From the NCBI RefSeq assembly GCF_009914755.1, contig NC_060939.1: a stretch of DNA of 64,000 nt, one strand, 5' to 3'. A program made the position numbers and the translations under genes. Under the pieces are notes generated by a model. The model made no database searches. It saw nothing but the letters and a program-made list of their open reading frames with translations, and was not told the origin of the DNA. Each line of letters opens with the position of its first letter. Positions within the stretch are counted from its first letter, which is position 1. This DNA comes from the human T2T-CHM13v2.0 reference genome, Homo sapiens. This document shows positions 46,382 through 60,956 of the stretch, one piece after another.

Positions 46382-46512
46382 GGAGGAGCTCAGCTGCTAA
46401 TATTTTGGAAGCTTGTAGCTCAGAATCTATCAGAATGTTGGTGTGGAGCCCACTGTGTTAATATCCGGCTGGAGTAGGCATTGCGGGCAAAGATGAGTTT
46501 TCTGCAGCCCTC
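46382..46512 (-). repeat. Inverted repeat, arm 2 (131 bp)
   Basis: ggaggagctcagctgctaatattttggaagcttgtag...gatgagttttctgcagccctc. Confidence 0.95.
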
Positions 46513-47397
46513 CTGTGAATTTCCTGACAGAACTTCTCTCTCACCTCCTGTTTGCCTCATCTTAGCTTTCATCTCTTCTTCTTCACTCTGCCTAAGCCCT
46601 GGGAGGTAGCCCAGCGCCATCTGAGAAGGTGGTGGGGCACGCAAAGGGCATAGCCTGCGTCTTTTATTTCGCCTCCACCTCCATGACTACGGCCAAGTCA
46701 TTCACTTCTTGGATCCTCATTTACAAATTGAAAATACTGGTAGCCTTCCTGTCTGTCTTGCAGGGGTGTTTGAAGGACAGGAAGAAATAACAGTAATAAA
46801 AGTACTTCTCAGAGAATAAAGTGCTCTTTGAAGGCCAAGGGTTAATAGTTCTTTTGTTATTATTTGTGGTTGTTTCTCAGAAGTGGAGATCACCATCAGC
46901 AGCCTGTGGAAAGGAGGCAAGTGGCTCTTCCATATGACCTTGACCTCTATGACCTTGGCCAACTTATTTAAAGCCTGAATATCTTCATCAATAAAACTGG
47001 GAAATAGTGAGACCGTTTCCTTGGGCTGATGACTGTATAATGGTAGGCTCAAAGTCAGGATACAAAGCAGGATGTACAATAAGATGTCATCAACCAGTGA
47101 GCCAAAGTCAGAGGTGGAGGATGGAAAAAGACTCCATCATTCACAGTGTGGGGTTGATCATAAGATTTTCAAAATACGTTTGACTTTGTATATGTTTTCT
47201 AGATTTTCCATAATGCCAACCTACATTTTCCATAAAGCATCACCTTTGACATTGTGAACCCCAAATATCTGAGACAGGTCTCAGTCAATTTAGGAAGTTT
47301 ATTTTGCCAACATTAAGGACGCATGCCTATGACACAACCTCAGGAGGTCCTGATGACATTTGCCCACGGTGGTCAGGGCACAGCTTGGTTTTATACA

Positions 47398-47760
47398 TGT
47401 ATTAGACCGTTTTCATGCTGCCGATAAAGACATACCCGAATCTGGGCAATTTATAAAGAAAAAGAGGTTTAAAGGACTCACACAGTTCCACATGGCTGGG
47501 GAGGCCTCATAATCATGGAAGGTGAAAGGCATGTCATACATGGTGTCAGGCAAAGAGGGAAATGAGAGCCAAGCCAAAAAGGAAACCCCTTCTAAAACCA
47601 TCAGATCTCGTGAGACTTATTCACTACCACGAGAACAGTATGGGGGAAACCGGCCCCATGATTCAATCATCTCCCACTGGGTCCCTCCCACAACACTTGA
47701 GAACTGTGGGAGCTACAATTCAAGATGAGATTTGGGTGGGGACACAACCAAACCATATGA
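47398..47760 (-). mobile_element. THE1 (B/C-like) solo LTR
   Basis: tgtattagaccgttttcatgctgccgataaagacatacc...ggggacacaaccaaaccatatga; flanking duplication tataca. Confidence 0.93.
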
Positions 47761-47873
47761 TATACATTTTAGGGAGACATGAGACATCAATCAATATGTG
47801 TAAGATGTACATCGGTTCTGTCCAGAAAGGCGGGACAACTCTAGGCAGGGAGGGGCTTCCAGGCCATAGGTAG

Positions 47874-48193
<320 letters not shown>

Positions 48194-48839
48194 TGAAACT
48201 CTTTTGAGTTTCTGATGAGCCTTTCCAAAGGAGGCAATCAGATATGCATTTATCTCAGCGAGCAGAGGGATGACTTTGAGTTCTGTCTGTCATTTGTCCA
48301 GAAGGAAATTCCTTGTGAGGGAGGTATGTAGCTTTTGAATCTTAGTAGCCATCTTTTTTTTTAGCAATAGAATGGGAGGCAGGTTTGCCCTAAGCAGTTC
48401 CCAGCTTGACTTTATCCTTTGGCTTAGTGATTTTGGGGTCCCAATATTTATTTTCCTTTCACAATGTTTAGAGGATTTAATGAAAAATCAAACTTGTGTC
48501 TGTAGCATCTTTCCCAGTCACCAGCCCCTCCCGGAGCCAGCTTGGCGCAACAGGAGTGGACAGGGACAGCCTCTGGGCCGTATTGCCCTGTAGTCTATGG
48601 AGCCGCCCTGCTGGAGGGGCTGGGCTGGGCAGCCTCTGCTGGCTGGGGATGGTTTGGGAGTTTTACTCCAAGGCCTGCCACAGAAGGGCAGCTGTCATCC
48701 TCTCCCGTGGCTGGAGACATTTAGGCTGCAGCCCTTGGAAGGCTGTGAAATGGACACGACCCTGTGCTGAGTTTCCACCCTGCACAAACATCTTTGGAAG
48801 CAGCGCTCGTTTAATTTTCCATGAGTCCTGAGAAGAAGA

Positions 48840-48960
48840 TGTTGCCATCAGCCCTTTGATTTTGCAGATGGCGATCCTGAGACTCAGAGAGGTTAAGCAA
48901 CTTTCCTATGTCACACAGCTGGTTAGGAACTGAGCTGGGATTTAAACCCAAAGGTCTTCA
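48840..48960 (-). mobile_element. MIR
   Basis: attttgcagatg...tgagactcagagaggttaagcaact...gtcacacagct...gggatttaaaccca. Confidence 0.75.
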
Positions 48961-51074
48961 AAGGTGGGACCCTTTGTGCCAGCAGGAACCTGTTAGGGGA
49001 ACACTGTGGGAGAGACAGTAAGTAGATTGCACTGGGTGGGGGGCGTTGGGGAAGGAGGGAGTTGAGGGGGAAGGGAGGGAGTATGTGCAGCGGGGAATAG
49101 TTATGCAGCCCCCACCTTGATCATATAACAGCAAGAAAGTGTCCCAAGACCCAAGAAGGAAGTTAGCCTAGATCTTATTTTTCAACACAATCTAACAGTG
49201 ACTTTGTTAAGAAACAGAAATTCAGGGCCTAAGAGGTTGTTGGAACAATGCCAGGTTTCGCTTCCTTTCCCGGGCAGCTCTCCTGCGACGACCTTTGACT
49301 TGGGAGGGGCAGGTCGTCCATGAGCACGAGTGACCGGGTCCCTGATGCTTTCCTCGTGGTTACAGCCTCGCCTGCAGGTTCGGGCACTGTGGGGTGGGGC
49401 GGGAACGTGGCTGGCACTATGAAGTATCCACCTTTCTGCGGGCTCTGCCGCCTCATCCCTCCAACAGCAAGCCAGGGCTGGTGGCTGTACTGTTCCCTCG
49501 TCCCTCACCTAGCATCCCCTTTTTCCAGAGGACGAAAGGTAGGGGAAGCTAAGAAATGATGGCACAGGATTTGAACTCAGGACTATCTGGGCTCACAGCT
49601 GATGACGATTCTATACCACCTTACTGTCCTAGGCAGGGCAGGAGCCCCAGACAGGATGGGTAGCCTTTCTGAAGTTAAAATAGTAAAAGGCAAAAAGAGA
49701 GCCCTTACCCGAGCATGCAGCTATAAAGGAGCACACAGTTCTCCTCTGGCCCCTCTCCGAGGATGGGTTCTCCGCTTCTGCGAGGCCAGACGCACCGCAG
49801 GCATCTGCCTTTGATTAGAACGGGCAGACAGGAAACATACCTGCGGTCCCGGGCCTCTCTCACACTCCAGAAATGCCATTCACAGACAGGGAAGAGGGAG
49901 AAAGGATGGGAGGAAGGGAGGAAGGGAAGGAGAACAATCAACAGCTACATGGGAGCGTGCTGGGAGGTAGGATCACCGCGGGAGACAGAAATGGGCCTCA
50001 GCCGCAGGTCAGGGTGTGGACACGGAGGCAGCCAGGCCTGATCTGCTGGGGGAACCACACTGGGCCGGGCGTGGAGAGGAGGTTTGCCGTGTGTGCAGCA
50101 GCTTGCAGGGAGCCAGCTGCCGAGAGCTGGGGCTGCTGCTTCTGAGCTGAAAGGGAAAGAAGGGTACATCTTTCAGAGCCACTCAGTCCCCCAATCATAG
50201 TGCCTGGCTGCGACCTCCCACTGGGCCCATCACAAGTCCTCATGGTTGGGGACGTCAGTGACCTGCAACAGGGTCAGGGAAGAACATCCTGGCCAGGAGT
50301 GAGCTAAGGAAGAGATGCACCACAGAGCCCTGGTAAATGCCTGGGAGTGAGAGCCTTACACTCACCATCTCTTTCCTCTCTGCCTGTTGTAGTTAAAAAC
50401 CACGCTCTTGACTTGCTGATGCTTTGAGCTGCTTGTTGCGGGTGGAGGTGGCTTCCCACGGCTTCTTGCACAGTGTTGGCCCTGACCCACCGTCCCCCAG
50501 GCAGGGGGAGACTGCTGTGTTCAAGGGGAGTCCTGGGTGCATGCGGAACAGAATAGGGAGTCCCCACTGGGGCAGGCGCTGGCAGCTCTTCACCGTGTCA
50601 GCTCACTCAGCCCTCAGGTCGTCCTATCCTCAGGTGTGACCTGCAATGTACAGGTGCAGAAATGGAGAAGACCTGTGCTGAGTCCCAGAATGACACTGGG
50701 CCTGTGGAGGCTGCCAGGAGAGACACTGCCAGGTTCCCACGGCGGAGACACTGGCACTACAGCCCAGAGAGGAGGACACTTTATTAACTTGTCACATCGA
50801 GCAAAGGCACTGGTCTCTCCAGTCTCTTGCTGTGCCTTGAAAAGAGGAGAGAATGTGGAATCCGAGGCCTGGGCTGCAACTCTGGCTGCACCAGCTCCCC
50901 AGGCAAAGCGGTAACCTGAGATGGGCCACCTCCAAGCATCAGGAAGTGTGGGCAACCGTGGGGAAGAGAAAAATAACAATGCCTGCTGTCCTCACCTTCC
51001 AGGCTTGCTTTATGGGCAGAGGGGGTGACAAGTGTCATTCTTTCCTGGGGGCTGCAAACCATGATTCAGGGGTC

Positions 51075-51725
<651 letters not shown>

Positions 51726-52431
51726 GATCACAGACCAGTGCCTGATGCTGTGACTGCGTTGGGCTCCAGACACGGGCAGGAATTGAGAGAAGGGAGCAAA
51801 GGTATCCACTGGGGCAGTCAGGAAAGGCTTCGTGGAAGAGGCAGACTCAACTTTGGTTTTCTAATTTACAAAATGGGGATGACAACAATTCGGCTCTCAG
51901 AGCTGTCAGGAGGACAAAATGAGGGAATTCATATAAACCACTGCATACAGTACCTGGCTCCAGAGGATGCATTGGTGAATTTCAGCATAATTTCTACCAT
52001 TATCATTATTGAAGGATGAGGAGATCTGGGGATGGGGAATGAAGTAGCATGGGAAAAGTCAGAAAATAGGGGAGTGGACAGTGAGGAACCCACTGTCCTA
52101 GGAAGGGCAGACTTCACATTGCCTGCCCCAGAGAGCGGAGAGAAAGGATGCGTTCGTTTATTGTGTGACATCAGGAGGGTAGTGTTGTTGCTATATTTTT
52201 TTTGTCACCTGAGAAGAACTTCTCCCCAAACCAGTTTTAAATACTCCTATCTGATCCATTTCCCTTGTGCCAGAGTCACTCATAAAAACTGTAAGATCTC
52301 AAGAAAGCAGTGAAAGATTCAGGCCAGGTCCTCCAATTAGCACAATTGTATGGGGGCAGATCTTCAGTGTCTCCATAGATCCTGTGTTGCAGGTGAAAGC
52401 CCTCATTTGGGATCCATCAGACCCATCAGTC

Positions 52432-52738
52432 TTTTTTTTTTTTTTTTTTTTTTTTTGAGACTGAGTCTCGCTCTGTTGCCCAGGCTGGAGTGCAGTGGTG
52501 CAGTCTCGGCTCACTGCAAGCTCCGCCTCCCGGGTTCACGCCATTCATCCTGCCTCAGCATCCCGAGTAACTGGGATTACAGGTGTGTGCCACCACGCCC
52601 GGCTAATTTTGTATTTTTAGTAGAGACAGGGTTTCACCATGTTGGCCAGGCTGGTTTCGAACTCCTGACCTCAACTGATCCACCCGCCTCAGCCTCCCAA
52701 ACTGCTGGGATTACAGGCATGAGCCACCATGACCGGCC
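52432..52738 (-). mobile_element. Alu (Sx-like left arm, Y-like distal right arm)
   Basis: Full Alu; TSD ccatcagtc. Confidence 0.95.
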
Positions 52739-53957
52739 CCATCAGTCATTTTCTATGAGGGTCAGAGGCCATGCTTGTTGCAACCTTTTTTCTTTCTCTC
52801 TCTCACTCTTTTTTTTTTACTTGTTGCTTGACTGGCCCACTACCAATCTTCCTTCCTTCATTCCACAGTTATTGGTTAATGCTTTTCCTGCACTGGGCCT
52901 TTCATCTGTGCTGCGTACTGGGCAGGCAGCAGTGCACAAAGGACATAGCTCCTGTTTCCTGTGGCATTTGTCTTACTTCAGTGTGCAGAGGACTTTGTCT
53001 GCCTCCCGGCTACCTCCTCTGGCTGGGCTAATTCCTGTAGAAAGGGAAAGGGGAGCAGCAAGCCTGTCCTGGCCGCCCGTGCTCCCCAGGCTGCAGTGCT
53101 GCGTTGCTGAACCTGTGTTCTCTGAAGGTGAGGTTCGCCGTGGGCATCAGTGAGGGAGCCGCAAGAGGAGCTGTGAAAAACCTAACAGCAGGTCTGAGGT
53201 GGTTGCCACCAATAACACACAGGCTTTAATCCTGCTCTTATCTTAATAACCACGTTAACAAAAATTGCATTATGCACACTAATAATAGCCAGTGTGTAAA
53301 GAAAGGAGTGTAGCTTATGGTGAGGCCTCTTGCCAGGAACTGGCGGAAGGCTGAGAGCTTGCAGTCTGGAATGATTGTGATGCTGACATTGACTCTTGAT
53401 CAGGGTCAGCAGACAGATCAAGTGAACCGTTACCCCCATTCCTGCACTTGTGGCAGGCAGCACTAATCAGCCATCACACTCATCCCTGTGGATCTCTTGA
53501 TCTGTCTCAGGAAAGCCCCTACCTGCTGAAATTAGCATAGGAAAATCAAGCCTATTTAATGTCTCACCTGGATCCTAGCGGCTTTTATGCTGAACTAGGC
53601 CCAAGGTTTCGGAGCCCAGTTTCTTGAGAGATAGTCCTGGAGCTACTTTAATCAGACCCATTAGAGCCTGGGCAGCTGGTTTAAAATGCAGACTCCTGTG
53701 CTCTTCCCTAGAGCTAGGGAATCAGAATCTTTGGGGAATGTCAAAGACAACACTCAGGTGATTTCTTTGCAAATGTTGTAACCACTGCTTTAGGGAAGGC
53801 AATTCATACCAGGTGTTTTCTTTTGGGCCTGTGTGCTGGAGGGAGGACGAGGGTCAGAAGAACGACATCTTGAGTCCCTCTGTGCAGAGTTAATACTGAA
53901 AAAGACAATTGTTTTCAGGCAAAAGGTCCGTTTTGTGCAGCCTCATTGTCTGTTTTT

Positions 53958-54109
53958 GGGTGTAAGGGGCAGGATCGTGTAGGAGTCAAGATCATAGGCT
54001 CTGACAGCCTTCTGCCCAGGTTCGAATCCCAACCCCGCCATTCACTAGCTGTGATACCTTGGGAGGTTTCCTTGGTCCTTTCTGCCTTGGTCTTACCAGC
54101 TGTGACAAT
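53958..54109 (+). repeat. MIR 5' half plus flank; inverted duplicate of 54792-54942
   Basis: About 76% identity, essentially ungapped, to the reverse complement of 54792-54942, including non-consensus blocks. Confidence 0.8.
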
Positions 54110-54123
54110 AAAAAATGTCTCTC

Positions 54124-54429
<306 letters not shown>

Positions 54430-54689
54430 TCAAGTGTGTCCAGGGGGAGAATTAAGAGTCAAGACTCCAATGAAGAGTCACTGAAGAAGTTTATAGCAGA
54501 TCGAGTGCTCAATGGATCTCCATTTTGCCTAAGAATTTTTTTAGCAGTCATTTTGGCCAGAAATAAGGAAAAATGAATCGACCGTGTAAGCTATTAACTT
54601 TGGCATGTATTGGGTTCCTGAAAGTTAGAGAATAGATAATACAGCCTGTAAAGGCCTTTCCTTCTCAAAGATAACAGTAACACTGACAG

Positions 54690-54930
54690 AGCTGTTGGGT
54701 CAGGCTGGGTACTGTTCTGTGTGCTTAATATACAGTCATTAACAATTTAATCCTCACAGTAGTTTATGAGGTGGATACTGTGATTATTCCCATTGTACAG
54801 ATGAGGAGACTAAGGCAGAAGAGACTAAGAACAACTCCCGAGGTTTTACAGCTAGTGAGTGGAAAGGTGGAGATTCTAATCTGGGCAGAAGGCGGTTGGA
54901 ACCTGTGCTCTTAACCCCTACCTGCTCCTG
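54690..54930 (-). mobile_element. MIR, near full length
   Basis: tttaatcctcacag...tgaggtgg...attcccattgtacagatgaggagactaaggcag. Confidence 0.8.
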
Positions 54931-55018
54931 CTCCTTATACCCACAGCAAAGAATACCTGACCACAAATGTCATTTGCACCACAGTAGAGAAACTGTGCTA
55001 GCTCAATAGGAGGCAGTC

Positions 55019-55313
55019 TTTTTTTTTTTTTTGAAACAGGGTCTTGCTCTGTTGCCCAGGCTGGAGTGCAATGGCACGATCACAGCTCACTGCAGGCTTG
55101 ATCTCCTGAGCTCAAGCAATCTTCCTACCTAAGCCTCCCGAGCTGGGACTACAGGCACGCACCACTATCCCCAACTCATTTTTATTATTTTTTTGTAGAG
55201 CCGGGGTCTCACTTTGTTACCTGGGCTGATCTGGAACTCCTGGATTCAAGTGATCCACTTGCCTTGGCCTCCCCAAGTGCTAGGATTACAGTCATGAGCC
55301 ACCATGCCTGGCC
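55019..55313 (-). mobile_element. AluJ
   Basis: gatcacagctcactgcag, ctcaagcaatcttcctacc; TSD gaggcagtcttt. Confidence 0.93.
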
Positions 55314-55462
55314 AAGAGGCAGTCTTTACAGTAGAAAAAACATGGGTTTACAGCAGCATGAGCCAGGGGTTTGCTTTCTCACTCTTCACATGTCAGCTGT
55401 GTGGGCTGAACAAGTTACCAAACCCTTGTAGACATTGTGTTACCATCAGAAAGCATGGAGAT

Positions 55463-55800
55463 TGTAAAAGGAAATTAAATTTCGGGACCCCAAACTCACC
55501 GTGGCAATGCTAATTGATAGCTTATCTTTACAGGTGCAGTCACCCCGGCCTGCCAGACACAAATGCATATTTTGTGTGTGTTATCTAATATAAAGTGCAG
55601 ATTCCCCACATTTTTCCTTTGCCCCTTTTAAGTGAAAACTGTGTGCTTCTCAATATCCCGCCCTTTCCCCTTTAAATTTGGAGACCTCAGAATCATCTTC
55701 AGAGAAAGGCATTGACCTGTCTTCTGGGTACGTCCTTAACTTTGGCAAATAAATCTCCAAAAATGATTGAGACTTGTCTCGTCATTTTCTTTGATTGACA
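55463..55800 (+). mobile_element. MER4-group ERV1 solo LTR (internally deleted), inserted in a MIR
   Basis: tgtaaaaggaaattaaatttcgggaccccaaactcac...ccttaactttggcaaataaa...gattgaca; MIR halves at ~55370-55462 and 55801-55905. Confidence 0.8.
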
Positions 55801-56249
55801 AGGTTAATAAGACCTACTTTGAAGGGTTACTGTAAGTTATTTGAGATAATGTATATAAAATGCCAAATACAATGCCCAGCACGTGGTTACTGCTTGAGAA
55901 ATATTAATTCCTCATTCTTTTCTTCAATGGAAACTATTTTCACTCTTCTTTTCAGCCTTCTGTGTCAGCAGGAAGATTCTTTGTGTGTTTAACCTGGCAT
56001 CTTTGGTCTCATTTTTCAATTCGTTACTCATCTTTGTGGGGTTCTGCTGAATTCTGTCCAATTTTCTCAAGTCCTTCTGTTGTGGAACTAGACTCAGAGT
56101 CTCCAGAGCCGAGGAATGGGAGAATTATTGCAAAATTCCTACACTAACACTCCTATTGTATATATACCTGTGCTTTCTGAATGACAACCTTATCCTGCTG
56201 ACACAGTGTCATCTGGCCCACCCTTTGGGCCTTTCACCTACTTGAAAAC

Positions 56250-57306
56250 TTTTTTTATGTTTTATTTCAATAGTTTTTAGTGCACCCATCACCTGAGCAG
56301 TATACACTGTACCCAGTGTGCAGTCTTTTATCCCTCACCCCCTTCCACCCTTCCCTCTGAGTCCCCAAAGTCCATTATATTATTCTTAAGCCTTTTCGTC
56401 CTCATAGCTTAGCTCCCACTTATAAGTGAGAACATACAATATTTGGTTTTCCGTTCCTGAGTTATTTCACTTAGAATAATGGTCTCCGGCTCCATCCAAG
56501 TTGCTGCAAAAGACATTATTTCATTCCTTTTTATGGCTGAGTAGTATCTAATGGTGTATATATACCACATTTTCTGTATTCACTTGTTGGTTGATGGCAT
56601 GTAGGTTGGTTCCATATCTTTGCAGTCGTGAATTGTGCTGCTATAAATGTGTGTGCATGTGCTTTTTCATATAATGACTTCTTTTCCTTTGGGTAGATGC
56701 CCAGTAGTGGGATTGCTGGATCCAATGGTAGATCTACTTTTAGATCTTTAAGGAATCACTAAACTGTTTTCCACAGCGGTTGCACTAATTTACATTCCCA
56801 CCAGCAGTGTAACGGTGTCCCCTTTTCACCACATCCAATCTGTTGTTTTTGACTTTTTAATTATGGCCATTCTTGCAGGAGTAAGGTGGTATCTCGTGGT
56901 TTTAATTTGCATTTCCCTGATGATTAGTGAAGTTGAGCATTTTTTCATGTTTTGTTGGCTGTTTGTATATTTTCTTTTGAGGAATGTCTATTCATGTCCT
57001 TTGCCGACTTTTTGATGGGATTATTTGCTTTTTTCTTGCTGATTTGTTTGAGTTCCTTCTACATTCTGGATTCTAGTCCTTTGTCGGATGCATAGTTTGT
57101 GGATGTTTTCTCCCATTCTGTGGGTTGTCTGTTTACTCTGCTGATTATTTCTTTTGCCGTGCAGAAGCTTTTTAGTTTAATTAGCTCCCATGTATTTTTT
57201 TGTTTTTGTTGCATTTATTTTTGGGGTGTTAGTCATGAATTCTTTGCCTAAGCCAATGTCCAGAAGAGTTTTTACGACGTTATCTTCTAGAATTTTTATG
57301 GTTTCA
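56250..57306 (-). mobile_element. L1PB-like 3' region (ORF2 end plus 3' UTR)
   Basis: gtgcacccatcacctgagcagt...ttagctcccacttataagtgagaac; the ORF track gives the L1 ORF2 motif [13 protein letters not shown]. Confidence 0.92.
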
Positions 57307-57774
57307 TCACCTGCCTTCTTTACATTTATTCATTCCTTCTTGTTCTACAAGTTCTTTGTCTCCCAGTTTTCATAACAAAGAATTATCACTGAAAATTAGT
57401 AACAAGGTAGAAATTTTAAAAAAGAATTCCAGGGACAAATTATAAACAAATAAGCGCAAGAAAAGTTACAGTTAAAAATAAAACAAAAAGACCCAGGGAG
57501 GCTTTTGGTAAGAAAAGGAGGGAACTAAATGAAGATAAAATTATACAGTAAGCTGAAGGGAAATTTTGGGTGTTAGGAATCAGCCTTCACAGTGCTTTGG
57601 AGAACGGGTGCAATGCACCTTGGAGAACCGTGCATTTGAGAACCTTGGTCACATGGCTTGATAGGACCACCAGTTCACCTCTTTGGATTCATGGCTGGTC
57701 TGCCCCTTGGGGTCCACAGTGTGAAGCCCTGAGGCCTGGCTCCCTGGCCTGAAGCAGCAGGAGAGGGAAGTCAT

Positions 57775-58000
57775 CAGAGCCTGGGCTCTGGAATCAGATG
57801 GACCTTGATTTAATCCTGACTTCGCCATTTATTGCATTGAATGACCAAGGGCAAACTATCTCCTTCTTCAAGACTCCCACTTTCAAGGGTGGAGTTGTAA
57901 AATTGGTGGTAATAATAATACCTCTCATAGGAGAGTTATAAAGTAATGCATATAAAACATTGAACACAGCACTGGATGCATTGTAAGCACTCAATACATT
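57775..58000 (+). mobile_element. MIR
   Basis: gggctctggaatcaga...aatacctctcatagg...taagcactcaatacat. Confidence 0.7.
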
Positions 58001-58089
58001 TTACTGTATTGATAATGAGGATGATAATGATGATAATGATGATAACATGATTGCCTACTTCTAAATGTCTGCTCTGACTGTCTTGTCTA

Positions 58090-58225
58090 TTTATATGTAT
58101 GAATATACATGACTGTATGCCCATGAAAAGCTAAAATACATATGCATGTACATGTACCCACATATGTGTATGTGTATATATGTGTGTATATACACATGTA
58201 TGTATTATAGCTTTTCATGTACATG
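58090..58225. repeat. (TA/TG)n-like low-complexity tract
   Basis: atatgtgtatgtgtatatatgtgtgtatatacacatgtatg. Confidence 0.75.
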
Positions 58226-58234
58226 TAGTTGTGT

Positions 58235-58403
58235 CCTGCACACAGCTGGTTTGTGTGCATCTCGTCTCTTCCCAGCCTTCAGCTCAGTTACATCATATTG
58301 GTAGTTGGCCATGGTGGGAATATTCTATAGCATGGAAATTGGCAAACCTATACACATCAAGGGCTTTTCCCCCTCAGAGAGCCAATTTATCAGCATACCA
58401 CTG
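58235..58403. mobile_element. MER63-like hAT relic
   Basis: ggccatggtgggaatatt...ggaaattggcaaac...cagcataccactg terminus. Confidence 0.55.
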
Positions 58404-59239
58404 TGTATATACCTTGCATCTCCAGTTAGATTCTGAATTCCTTTAGGACTCAGGATGTTCTGTTTTCACCCTTTGATCCCCACAGGGCTTTGCGTGTGTC
58501 TTTTGTGCAGTAGGCTTCAAAGGGTGGCATGAGTCAATAGTACGGAGGGTGAGTGGATAAAAGCAAGGGAACGGATATAGCACAAGTGCACTTAATAAAA
58601 GGGAAGGAAGAAGTTGTTTCAGAAAAACTGGTAGATGAGTAGCCAGGAATGGAGAGAAGGAGTGAGGAGAGGGAGTTCTTAGATGGGTAAAATGGTTTGG
58701 TGACAGAAAAGGACTTAGAAATATAAAGTCCAGAAAGAAAACGAAATTCAGAATAAGAGTCCATTTCCTATGATTTCAGACTGCTGCTGGTAGTGTATTT
58801 CTTGAGTTCCAGTCTTTTAGATGAGTGGCATTTGTTTCAGATGTTGAGATAATTAAAGAATTGTTTACAGGAGAAAAAATTGGACTCAATCTAGTGTTCA
58901 AGAATAGAGGGTTGGCAAAATAAGTAGGATACGTTCATTTTATAGAATACTTTTGGGTCAAAAAACATGATGGAAAATTCCAGTAAAGTACAGTGAGAAT
59001 AATGACAAGAAGCATGGAAAGCTGGAAGAATGGTATAATAATGTGCAGAAGAAAAGGCAGGTTAAAAGTGGCAGCTATAATCTCACTTTTATATAAACAC
59101 ATGTGCGGAGAAAAATATCTGGAAGGGTATACATTAAAACACTAAAGGTAGTTGTTTCTGAATAGGGTGACTTTTTTTTTCCTCCACTATTTGCTTATGG
59201 ACATTTTCTCTTTTTTTTTTCTATTTCAAATACATTTTT

Positions 59240-59392
59240 ATTTATTTTTTATTTTTATTTTTCCCCCTAGAGATGGGTCTCTAGAGAAATGCATTGCCCA
59301 GGCTGGTCTTGAACTTCTGGGCTCAAGCCATACCCCCTTCCCTCAGCCTCCCAAAGTGCTGAGATTATAGGCATGAGCCACCGTACCTGGCC
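59240..59392 (-). mobile_element. FLAM/AluJ left monomer
   Basis: Monomeric Alu with tail; flanking duplication aaatacatttt. Confidence 0.85.
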
Positions 59393-60139
59393 TAAAATAC
59401 ATTTTAATTAAAAAAATTAAAATGTGTTTTCCACATTAGTCTCTTTCTGTCTTTATCTCTGTCTGTCTTTGTCTCTATATATTGTCTTTACTGATAGCAC
59501 TGAATTTTAAGATCACAGCTGCTTTAAGATTAACAAAGTGATTAAGACCTGTGGGCTAAGAAACGGTTTTCTTTGACTTGCAAATGTATCCAGATGAAAA
59601 GTCTTCTCAGTGTAACAAATCGCTGTAATAATCCTTGAACACTTGGCAAATGCCTTTGATTGAGAAAAGCCAGTTACATGAACTGGGGCTGACCTGAAGA
59701 ATTACGGAGTCTGCATCTGGGGTGCGGGGCAGGTGTGCAGTGTCTAACAGCGACTCTGCAGGGCAGCTGGGGACACAGAGGCCTCCCAGAATGATAGGGC
59801 GGTTCCAAATGCACCAGCCTCCCAGAAACGTGGCCCTGGCGATCTAAAGACCTTCAGATCCCAGGACGGCCCTACCAGATTCAGTGTCTAATGAATGGCA
59901 GGTGTTAGGAGGCAGGCAGGGGTTTCCTGTGGCAAATCCTGATTCACAGCTGGAAGATGGATTTCTGCCCTCAGGAAAGCGGTTTAGTGGGAGGTGGTGA
60001 GAGTTAGCTGAAATTTCCAATAAAATGCAGTCAGGGCAGTGAGCTAGTGGGCACAGGAGAGCCTCAGTCAGTGGCTCAATTATCTTCTAGTAGAACAATG
60101 GAAGAATTGGCAATTTTCTTCATATTTCATTTTCCTGAC

Positions 60140-60370
60140 ATGCAGGATGGTGAAGTGGCGAAGAGCCTGACTCTGGAAATAGCGAGAAGGGGTTTAAGCT
60201 CTGGCTCTGTGTGCATCTCGGGTAGGTTACCTAAGTACTCTATATCTCAGTTTATCAGCCCGGGAAATGGACGTAGAGTCCCTGCCTCATGGAATTACTG
60301 TGATAATTAAATGAGGTATATCCGCGAGGCATTTAGAGCAGTACCTGGCGCTCGGGGAGGTGCTATGGAA
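60140..60370 (+). mobile_element. MIR
   Basis: aagagcctgactctgga...ctcagtttatca...aattaaatgag...catttagagcagtacctggc. Confidence 0.7.
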
Positions 60371-60621
60371 ATGCTCCGTGAATTGTGATTCCTCGGTTTT
60401 TGAACTTCTTTCTTCTCCCTCCTCTCCTTCCCCTTACCTTCCTCTGCTCCTTTTCCTCCTCCTCCTTCTACTCTTCTCTGCCCCTCTCACCCTCCCCACA
60501 CACAGATTCCATGATCGATGAATTCCTGCATTCCTGCATTAATTTCTCTGAGAGTCTTTTCCTTTTGACACTGGTGCTGAGAGGGACAGGTTGCTTCTTC
60601 TCACACTGATTGACTAAGTGA

Positions 60622-60956
<335 letters not shown>

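Noticed and set aside
45506-46512. Inverted repeat read as DNA-transposon termini
   Set aside because: No TSD, no recognisable TIR motif or transposase remnant, and one arm is embedded in a microsatellite
52350-53153. Longest ORF (267 aa)
   Set aside because: Its first half is antisense Alu translation ([11 protein letters not shown]...); there is no recognisable domain or exon structure
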